NCBI RefSeq assembly: GCF_000181795.1
Contig: NW_003526944.1
Coordinates: forward strand, 553,383-617,382
Direction of reading: 5' to 3'
DNA length: 64,000 nt
Source: Trichinella spiralis
Lineage: Eukaryota
The position numbers were made by a program, and so were the translations under genes. The notes beneath the pieces are model-generated. The model saw only the letters and a list, made by a program, of their open reading frames with translations, was not told the origin of the DNA and did no database searches. Positions 53,746-64,000 of the stretch are shown here, piece by piece. Numbering within the stretch: position 1 is the stretch's first letter; each line of letters starts with the position of its first letter.

Positions 53746-54489
53746 ATGGATTTAGCAAATGATCCCGAGCCATGGCGTGATGTGGTCCTCAAGATGAACG
53801 AATACTTAAAAATGATGAACATGGAAGAAGAACCTTTTTACTGCCGACTTCTTGCTTCTATAAATTTGATTTTCAGATGTACCAAAACGTATGATATATC
53901 GGAATGTTTGTTGTCTTTCAACGGAGGGAAAGACTGTACGGTGTTGTTGCATCTGTTGCACTACGTCTTTTCCAAGGTTTATGGTACGGGGTATGTGTCG
54001 AAATTTTCTTTGGTCTACATTGAGCCTGAAGAAAGCTTTGAAGAATTGGAAAACTTTATCCAAATAGTCCAAGAACGATACGGTATTGGGATGATAAAAT
54101 ACAAAGGAAATATTAAACAACGCCTTTGTGAACTTCATTCAACACAGCCACATTACAAAGCTATTTACATGGGTACTAGATCCACTGACGCCTACGGAGA
54201 CAAAGTTCATTCCGTTGAAAAGACGGATTCAGATTGGCCTGAGTACACACTGATCAAGCCTATTCTTGATTGGTCCTATCATGACATATGGAAATTTCTT
54301 CGAGATTTGAATATTCCATACTGCCCTCTTTATGACAAAGGATTCACATCATTGGGTGACCGTAGTGCTTCATTTCCGAACTCTAGCTTGGCATATACAA
54401 ATGAAAGTGGTCTGATAATGTACAAACCAGCATACATGCTAGCCGATCCTGAACTCGAACGTTCAGGACGTAATGTATCATATCGCTGA
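53746..54489 (+). CDS. FLAD1: FAD synthase (PAPS-reductase fold only), single coding exon
   Basis: LSFNGGKDCTVLLHL, MGTRSTD, PILDWSYHDIWKFL, YCPLYDKGFTSLG, ERSGR. First in-frame ATG at 53746, with an in-frame TGA upstream at 53704. Confidence 0.9.
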   Translation: MDLANDPEPWRDVVLKMNEYLKMMNMEEEPFYCRLLASINLIFRCTKTYDISECLLSFNGGKDCTVLLHLLHYVFSKVYGTGYVSKFSLVYIEPEESFEELENFIQIVQERYGIGMIKYKGNIKQRLCELHSTQPHYKAIYMGTRSTDAYGDKVHSVEKTDSDWPEYTLIKPILDWSYHDIWKFLRDLNIPYCPLYDKGFTSLGDRSASFPNSSLAYTNESGLIMYKPAYMLADPELERSGRNVSYR

Positions 54490-55696
54490 TTAAAGTACGC
54501 AGTTTAATTAAATGAAAAACTTTTCACCTAATAATAGTGTGCGTACAATTTGGTATTATTATGTCGTTTGTCAATTGTTGTGGCACATTTAATTACTTCC
54601 AGAGACATCATCATCTGTTTTCATTTCATCGTCAGCTTGATTCACTATGTGGTATGCATAATCGACATAACTGCCAGGTACAATACAAGCAGCACGTATA
54701 ATTTTGAACGAAATTTTGAAATTTATTTTAATTATATTATTATTAAATTTTTTTTTGTTAAAATGGAATAATTTTCTTTTTGAAATTTGTGACTAATTAA
54801 TTTTTCATCTTTCAAAAAATATTGTTAATTACTCTTATCGTTGATACTGTATTGTATAAACTGAATTATTACCGTTCATTGTATCAAGTGCTTGCTTGAT
54901 ACAGTTACGGTTCTGTTGTTCAAGTCTATGGAAAATGGATTATTTGATTTATATACTTTGTTTTTTGGAAATTGCTAGGCTGCCGAAGCTGAACTGTGTG
55001 AAATGAAAATCTAATAATAAATGACAGATGGATCTGTTGTAGATTTTTTTAATAAAGAAAATGGAAAAAGGTATATTTCAAAATACATTTTCTTTTTTTA
55101 ATTATAGATGGTAATTATTGTAATCAGAAATAAACGGATATCGTTATTTATAAGAAGAAGATGAAGTTGCTACCTAGTCTACGTTCGCACATTATTAACA
55201 AATTATGCAATAATCAATATTTTTTCAAAACTAGTGAGTGTTTCTATTTTTCTTGTTTTGAACAATATATGTCGTGTGTGAAAATGATTTGCAGTTAATT
55301 TCTTATTTGAAACAGGAAATGTGATAGGGAAGAGAGAGAGTGAGATTTATTATTAGCTTTTGTAATTGAAAGAAGATGAAGCAATCAGTGTGTATTTCTG
55401 AACACTGTAATTTCTCTTATCATATTTTGCGCACTGCTTGCCTGAAGTTCGATCGTTGGTTTTGACTGTTTTGCATCACTTTCGCTTAATTAAACTGCAC
55501 TGCTGCTTTCACTGCCTTCTGGGCTTCAGGTCGGTGCTCACTTTCCGGTGAAGTGATGTGTGCAATTTTGTCGACTTGATTCTTTCTACTTGGATGTGGA
55601 AAAATTATACTGTATATACAAAAAAACAAACAGACATATCATCGCATTGTTAGCTACCTTTTGAAAAGGAAAAGCTTTTTTTTATTATCATAAATA

Positions 55697-56691
55697 ATGT
55701 GGCAAATTGTGCTGTTGTTAATTGAACTGTTCATTTCCGCAATAATGTGCAGTTCATCTTCTAAATTAGCATGGACGAAATCTGCCGGCGGTGATTCATC
55801 CAACAATTTGAATATATTCCAACAAGACTGTCGAATCGTTGGTATGTTTTTTGCTTTTGTTTTTTTTTACAATTTATTGTTTATCAAATTTAAATACATT
55901 ATAACTTTTTATATTTATTAAATTTATTGTTTAAGATTCATTGAGCTGGTGAATATTACGTTTCCTTTTGAACTTGACTTGTTGACTTTTTGAAGATTTC
56001 AGTATACAGTTATTTAAAATTTTAAAGCTGCTAAATGTGAAATTCAAAAACTTGATTTAAATCTTTAGAATTGAAATTAACCCATTCAACACAGTTGACT
56101 GATATTTTTCACTTGTCAGTAGAAATTGTTTTATTAAAAAAAATTGTAATATCAAAGTTATACAGGATTGTTGAAGAAGAAAAAATATCAGAAAAAATTT
56201 CAAAGTAGTTGTATTTTTGAATGATATTTTAAAATCTAGTTAATCAATGCAACAATTGTTGGTTGTACTTGAATTATTTGAATTTGTTTCATCGGTCTAC
56301 TGTAAAAATTTGAAACAATTTCCAATCGCAGTAGCCTGATCGATGATAATGGAACTGGTTTGACTTTCAGCAGTGGAAAAGCTCATCACCATTCCCGGCT
56401 GTATTCCTGTACGCGTCCAATTGAATGCATGCCGTGGATATTGTCTGTCTTGGACTGTACCGGATGGTCGACGTACCGTCGCAAGTTATGCCATGTGTTG
56501 CAGAATGGTGGAACGCGAATTGGTAAGTTTTTTCGAAAATATTTTTAATCAGTAATTTTTTCATGTGAAAAATTTTAAACCAACAGGTTGAATTTGAGAC
56601 CAGATGTCAAGAGAGTAAGCGGGAAAAATTCAGCTTCACATCCGCCGTCAGTTGTGAATGCTTTGATTGTATTTTTGATCTATTTGCATAA
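55697..56691 (+). CDS. GPA2: Glycoprotein hormone alpha-2-like cystine-knot subunit (GPA2/thyrostimulin alpha), ~133 aa
   Basis: Exons 55697-55841, 56371-56522, 56587-56691. Signal peptide, then 10 Cys: DCRIV..IPGC..NACRGYCLSW..CCRM..RCQE..SAVSCECFDC. Confidence 0.85.
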
Positions 56692-58840
56692 AGTCGACGA
56701 AAAAATTGTTGGTCAACAAACGTGTGCCTGTTGGTGATTTAGTTGTCATTATTCTCAAAGAGATGTTGTTCGTTTAATGGAGTTGTGAAAAAAGCTGTGC
56801 AATTTCTTATCAGCATTAATTTACATATATCAGACGCCATTGCTACACAGAGTATGTTTGTTTTGTTTTTTATTTTCTGCTGCTTGTTTTTCCTACTGAA
56901 GCTTATTTGTAATGATAATAAAATTCCATAATTCGCATAACAAAACAACCAATTGTACAGTTAGATGATATTTCAATGTTCAATTTAAGAGCAACAAAGT
57001 TGAATTATTATATGTATTTGTTTGTGATAAAAATTTTGAATAATGCTGAAAAAATAGTTGTCGGATGATGAGGTTCTATTTGAAATTGGAAACAACTCAA
57101 AAGTAGGCTAGTTGAGTTGTTGTGCACACGAGTGGGCGAGTAAACAAACATTCATCTTCCCGTCGTTGAAGCGTGACCTTCTCATCTAGGCGTTCCGAGA
57201 ATATACATATATATAAGCTTGTGCGGCTGTAGAGCTTTGGCGACTACAAAAAAAATGATTATTATTACTGTTGTTGTTGTTGAAGAGCTGACATGAACAA
57301 TAGATTAAGGTCATTTGCATTTGACTGACAAGCCAACCCAATCCCCAAGCTATTCAACGAAACTGTGGCCATTGTTCTCTATTCAGTAGAATTTCCTTTT
57401 TTTAAGATTTGAAAAATAAAACAAATAAATGAAAAATATCCACTCCCTTCTCTGCTGTCGTACGATTAATTTCTGTTCCACCTTTAACAATGTCAATTAT
57501 TTGCATATTCGATTTGAGCATTTCAATTGTTCGCTTTTGTCTTTTTGAAAAATAGATAATAATGGTGATAATTTTAGCGATGAAAGTAAATCAATCAGTC
57601 AGTTTTATTTGTACATGTTCGAATCAGAAACGCAAACACACAAATGCAATGCTCGTGTGTGCAGTAGGCAGATTTGACGCCCACGCATTTTCGGTCGTTC
57701 AGGTTAGAGATGAAAAAAAAACAAACAACAAACGGCGTGATTTTCGAACGTGAATTTCCAAAGTAATTTCTTATTTACAGTATGGCCATGTTTTGTATCG
57801 ATGTAGTCGATTTATACGATTTTGCAATATTGTTTGTTAGCTGAAGAGGAAAAGTGGAAATTTGATGACTCACTGATTGATGGCGGTTGGTTTACAATGA
57901 TGGCCTTGCGTAAACGGTTTAAAAATCAAAGTGGTTTTCATAAACGGCCTCTTGAAAACTTGCCCGCAACTGATACGCACTACCGTCACAGTGGAGTTGA
58001 GGAGTTCGTGGCAGTAGTTGTGATGTCGATGCGGCATGCATATCATCACAAGCAAGTTAGAAATAGAGAACCCGGTTATTTGTGGGTTACTGTTTGTTTG
58101 TTCCATTGCATTGTATCCGGTCCGGTCTGGTCCGGTCCGGTGCGAGTGATGCAAATGCTCTCCGGTCGGTGATTAATTTTTCACAAGGTGAACAACGACG
58201 ACGACAACGGCCCCAGTCATCACGATCACCTAGCTAGCTGATTTGGCTGGTCGTTGATTGGTCAATTCGTTGCGTTGCTAGCTCCGCCTACCGTTGCTGC
58301 TCGCTAGGGCAACGTAGACGCGACGGCAGGTGAAAGATAGACTATGGTTGAGCGCGTTGAACGACGCACTGTTGAATAAGAGCGACAACAGTAATAATTA
58401 TAATTATTGTAATAATAATAATCTGCGAGGCTTTTTTTAAAAGATCGACTTCGATTGGTCGGTTAGTTTGGTCAATTTTTGCTTTCCCGTCCGTCTGCTT
58501 TGTTGCTTGCTTGCTTGCTTACCTGTCCCGTTTTGAATTGTCTGTTTGCTGTTTACCTACGACAGAGAAGAATATACGTTGGATGAGTTACCACCAAAGT
58601 GGTCGCTAGCTGAAGAAACAGCTATCTCGAACAAGAAGTTGTGGTGATATTTGATTGAAAACAGAAAAAAGCAGCGAAAGAAAACGAAAAACAACATATA
58701 TCTGTATTTTTTTATTGATCGTCTTGTTTCATTTTCTTTACTTCAATTATTCAAATATTGATTGGACGCGTTTATTGGATGTCAAATTTATTCGCTCGTA
58801 CCGACCAAATTCAACGTTTTGATTGTACAATTATTATTAT

Positions 58841-61800
58841 ATGGCCAAGCGTACTGTGCTGTTGGTATTTCTTTTCGTTACCTTGAACAGAATAACGTTT
58901 ACAACAGCGACATTCGATGATCAACAACAACAACAACAACAACTGCTTGTTGCTCATTTTCAAGAAGCGGGTGGAACGTACACGTTGAATCATACACTTT
59001 ATTATCAAGATGGACCGTACAAAGTGACAAAGCCGATTTTAATACAAGCCGGAGCTGTGCTAACTATCGAACAAGGTGTACAATTGTATTTCGCATCCGG
59101 AGTTGGTGTGGTCGTTCAAGGCGTCTTGCAAGCCGTGGTAAGTTGTTGTACTTTTCTGTTTGTTTGTTTTTCTTGTCAACCTTTCCAGCCAGTTGACTTG
59201 TTCAATTTTCAAGCAACTAACTCAACTCCGCTTATTCGGATTATTGTTGTTGTTGTTGTTGTCGTTTGATTTATGCTCCCTACAGTCGGACACGCCCAAT
59301 TTTCCATTTCTATATCTAACCTTGAAACTTCTATTCATAGAAACTGGCTAATTTTTGTACGTTGTACGATTTACGGTCACAACGAACGTTGTTGTGCTTT
59401 CAGGGAAACAAATACGTGCAAATCGACTTCTTGCCATGGAGGACACCGATCCAAGAGTTGGAACACGAAAGCTCGTTTCCAAATCTGCGTCTCGTCGACG
59501 GTCCATCGACAAGGCAAGGTCGTCTGCAAGTGCTGCACAATGGACGTTGGCGAGCCGTATGTACCATGATGACCAAGTGAGAATTTGTTTTTTTGTTTCG
59601 GTTTGTCCTAGTTTTCTTCTCACTTTTTCTCCTTTTGCACCTGATTATCATTATTTTTAAATTTGAATTTTTTCTTTCCTCGTTCTGTCCGTTGTTTTGA
59701 CATTCAACTTTGCACGACAATATTTAATCAATCATTTTATATTACGATAAGTTAGTTTACTTTTCGGATGACAGGATTGTCGAAGTTTTAGAAACGATAA
59801 AATTTCAAATGATCAACAGATCTAGTACAACCAGTGAGTGGAGAAAATTTTTCTTTCAATTATTATTCAAATAGAATAAGGTCAGTTGTATTAGATTGGT
59901 TGGTTGTTCAGTTGAAAATTTATACTCAGATTTATAGATCGTCGCCGAGTGTTCCAATTTTTCAACAATGTCAATTTGGGCTATCAGTTGATTGTGTTTG
60001 CTTCGGCAAAAAAAAACATTTGCTTCTTCTTCTATTTCCACTTTTCCTACAATAACAACAATCAGTACAGTATTTGATTTCATTTTTATCTTTCTTCATT
60101 ATTCTATCTCGTAGTCGGTTCATTTTCATCGCTCTTTTACATTAAACAACCGATATGCATGTTTATATAGAACATGTAAATGTAGCCAATTTTATTATTT
60201 CCGATTAAACGAAATTGATTGTTTGATTTATTTTAAACATTTTCAACCAACTAAGTAAACTGATAGATTTATTTTCAACTGATTCTTCAGTTGATAGGAA
60301 ATTTTTGCCAAAAAAGAAAAAAAATATTTATCTTGCTTATCAATTTGATCGAAACTTTCAACAGATAGATAATAACCTTGACAAAGATGGATTATAGTCA
60401 ATTACGTGACGATTATTGCTGCGTTTGTTTGAGCAAATTGATAAATATGTGCCATTATTATATTTTATTTTTTGTAATTTTTCAAAAAACAGCAGAACTT
60501 CAACAACTGTTCAACTTTGTTTTATTGCAAAAGTTGTCAAGGTGTTTTTTTTCTTAATAGAGCACACTTATCAATATTTGGAATAATTGTTCACGCTCGT
60601 ATTAGCGGGTTGGTCTGTGGGGTGTGTTTCACGTCACTGTTGTGGTTTGCACTTTACCCAAATTTTCATAAATGACTTCACTTTTGGTGGCCTAAATATT
60701 TTCTGTTTGTTTTATATTGATTTTTTGAAAAATTTTATTTGTCAAGGAAACATTTTATGTACACAATAGTCGTCGATTTGTACAGTGGGCGTGCGTGACC
60801 TTCAAGTGCAAAAGAGCGTAGAACAATAATATTTCAAGTGAACTTTCATCTCTGTAACCATCGCGCAATTTTTTTCCACTTTTCTGAATTGTTCACATAT
60901 TTAAATAAATATTTATATGAGTTTAACAATTATTTATTTTATTTTACTTGTTCAAGTTGGACAAATGTGGATTATCAGACTGCTTGTCGAACGATGGGTT
61001 TCGACAGTGGTGGATTTTGGAAATGGTATCGACGCAACAACGACACCAGACCGTTTGTGATGCCTCTGCCGGGATGCAACGCCACTCACGAGACAATTGA
61101 ACACTGCACCAATTGGACTTCCGATGGGATACAGTTGTCTGAAAATTTGTGCCAAGGTGAAGACGATTTGGGCTTGGTCTGCTGGGGTCCACCGTCATTT
61201 CACGGATGGCATTTCCATTGGAAGGGGATCGAATTTCAAGATGCTCCTTGGCTTTACGTACCAGTCGACGGAATTGCCACGAAAAAAGAGTCGCGATCAC
61301 GATTGGAATATGTTAACATTTGGTATGCCGGTTATGACAAGTAGGTTCTTTTTTTAATGAAAAAGCTTTAATTTTTTTAATACATTTTTGCTCTGGTGCA
61401 TTTACGTTTGTTTGTGAAGGGAACTGCAGAACACCACTGCCGCAATACTCGCTCGGGGAATGCCTCCATTTATGAATTATGTCGACATCAAATACAGTGC
61501 AAGAGATGGTATACGGGTAATTGCACCAGATGGACCTGTTGAGATAACAAATTCAACAATTGCTCACAATCGAGGTAGAAACGCGTGTTCCATTTGCTGT
61601 ATTATATTATAGTTCAGTATTTAAATATGAATTTCATATTTCAGGACACGGCGTTGTTGTTGAAAATACAACTGATGGACGGTTGTTTATCAATGAAACG
61701 CGAATTATGTTCAATTATGGAAATGGAATTTACTTTCGACCCAAACTTGGACTTTCCTATCGGCCTGTTATTGGTAAGTTCTAAGTGTCAATTGTAGCAA

Positions 61801-64000
61801 GTTGTAGTATTTAAAAAAAAGGAAAAAAAAATTTTTTTCTTTGTCTTTTTCAATAGATGAACCACTTGGACGAGAATCTGTTGTTTATTACGAACCTGAA
61901 ACGCCGGAAATGGATATCTGTCGACAGCATGAATTCAATTCTAAACGAAAATGGTTTCCACGAATTTATGCTGCTCATTTGAAAAATTCCACAACACTTG
62001 TATCAGAAACGAACAATTGGCCTTGTTATGTGGTAAGCAATTGCACAATATTCTTTTCATAATTCACTGCTTTGTTATTGAATGGGCGTTTTATTTATTT
62101 ATTTATTTATTTATTTTCAATAATGCGCTGTTTTGTAACATTTTTTCCAAACATACAACTATCAGCGTATTTGTTGTTTTTTTCTGCTTTCTTTTTTTTG
62201 TTCATTAACTTTAAGGAAAATTATATTTTTACATTTTCAGCATACTTACTGGTTGCTTAGTTAGTTAGTGTTCATTCAATAATCTTCGGTCGATTGTTCT
62301 TTTTTTCGGGAGAATTATTTCAATTATTGATCAATCTATCTCTATTTTTGATTTTTATTTATCATATGTGTAACAACTGGACGCGTGGTACATGTGTTCG
62401 TATAAAAATATATTATTGAAGTTTATGGCACTTAGTGGTGATCATGAGAAAGTGATAAATTTCCTCAAATAGCCACTACCTGTATCTATACTAACCTTGT
62501 TGCTGACGCGACCCTGATGCTTAGAATGAGAGAGCCATTTTTATATTCTCATTTCAGTAAATTATAAAGTGATTGAATGGAAATGCTGATAGTGTACAAT
62601 GTTCTTTTTTTACCAAGCACATTACCGTGACCGTATGGGAAAATGCCCGTGTCCTCGTTGAAGGACAAAGCAGTGACCCACAGTGGACTTGTGCTATTGC
62701 GCAGACCGTCAGCTGTCGATCATTTGACCGGCCCGTTCAGCTGACCGCAATTTATTTGACTCTGTCAGTGTATTCTACTGTCAGGAAGCGAATTGTAACT
62801 AACATTATAACTTTGACCAGTGGTCAATTTTTCTCTGCTGAAATCACAAGGGAGCCGGAAATGACCATGATGAAGTCATCAATCGCGGTAGAATCTCCCA
62901 GACACCTGTTCCTACTTAGTTTAGTTTAGTTTAATTTAATTTAGTTGTTTCAATGATGTCGGCTTTGTTTTATTTATTGAGCAATTAGAATGAATAAAAT
63001 GGGGGATCTATTTTAGCTCAATTCTAATCAAAAATAACATTTTCAAAGAAAATTACAATGAAATTGTATTTCAAAAATATATATATATATGAACAACAAT
63101 GTATTTGTTGTTATTGATTGGCAAATGTTGCATGAAGATTTAAAAGCATATTTCAAAGATAATATTCTTGTGAAAACACTGAACTTTCATTTTTACACAA
63201 CTTTTAAACAGAACTAATTAATATTTAATTGATTTATTTAGAGCTTGGATTTTGGACGTCGCCTACCAATAACGTACAGCATTCAATTTTTGGAAATGAC
63301 GGGCTTGTCTTTATTAAACAATGATGCTCAATTGTTTTTATACGTGTGCGATTCAACTCGGGGCCAAGATTTGTGCAAATTTCCTCGATATAAAATACCC
63401 GTGTTCAATGGTTACATGCCTCCGACGGTAGAAGCACAGTAAGTGGAAAAAATTGAAAATTGTCCATTTGGGAAGTTTGAACATTTTTAATTTTCATTTA
63501 TCACAGAAATACGGGAGGAAGTTTGTGGATTGGACTCCGAAGCGAAGGGTCCAACATTACGTTGAATGAAACCGTGAATGTTGTGATGAAGATTCATGCC
63601 AATTTTGGAGGTAAGTGAAAAGGCTACATGAATAAAATAGCTTTTCGGCAACGGTGATTTATTTCAGATCAAGTGTTCTATGGATTGAATGTGAGCAATT
63701 CTCGAATTACCGACAATTTTGGAACAGGAGTGTATGTGGAAAATATGCGCGATCGAACTGTTATAAACAACGTCACCATTTTGAGAAATCAGCACGTGGC
63801 TGGTTTGCATGTTTGTGAAGGAGTTGGAGATATTTGGGTCAATAACAGTTTAATATTGGACAACTGGGGTGATGGGATTAATATCACCTACACTGGCGGT
63901 TCTACAGTGATCAACGGCACTCAGCTGAGCCGGAACAGGATGCGCGGCTTTGCGTTGCACCAAAGTTTGCGTGGAAAATTTTTAGCCCTGAAGCAGGAAG
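58841..64000 (+). CDS. bark: Bark beetle/anakonda-like large membrane protein (SRCR + parallel beta-helix repeats), 5' part; runs off the window
   Basis: Signal peptide; beta-helix exon GAVLTIEQGVQLYFASGVGVVVQGVLQAV; SRCR RLVDGPSTRQGRLQVLHNGRWRAVCT..NWTNVDYQTACRTMGF..DLGLVC; SRLEYVNIWYAG; further N.G.G repeats up to 64000. Confidence 0.85.

Noticed and set aside
1..64000. tRNA, rRNA, SL-RNA or snRNA genes
   Set aside because: None recognised by eye; an Infernal/tRNAscan run would be needed to exclude divergent ones.

Overview
AT-rich, intron-rich eukaryotic genomic DNA. It is most likely from a clade I nematode such as Trichinella; this is inferred from short GT-AG introns ending TTTAG/TTTCAG, a Sec-containing SelT, six-cysteine WAP domains and a nematode-type cysteine module. 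Positions 1-10 kb are gene-poor: decayed paralogous membrane-protein-like exons, a ~556-bp tandem duplication, a ~225-bp tandem repeat and a near-perfect hairpin. The remainder holds spliced genes that I assembled by eye: TBC1D24-like (-), a BET/BRD4-like protein (-), MED14 (+), an orphan secreted Cys-rich protein (-), selenoprotein T (+), PHF5A (-), DEPDC5 (+), two WAP genes (+), SMIM12 (-), a stand-alone FAD synthase (+), glycoprotein hormone GPA2 (+) and the 5' part of bark beetle/anakonda (+). The main signals the ORF track misses are an in-frame UGA (CSSU) in SelT with a GUGA-type SECIS, and a BET gene that appears to carry two stop-containing cryptic (poison) exons plus a short/long isoform switch. 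Exon boundaries are manual predictions without transcript evidence.
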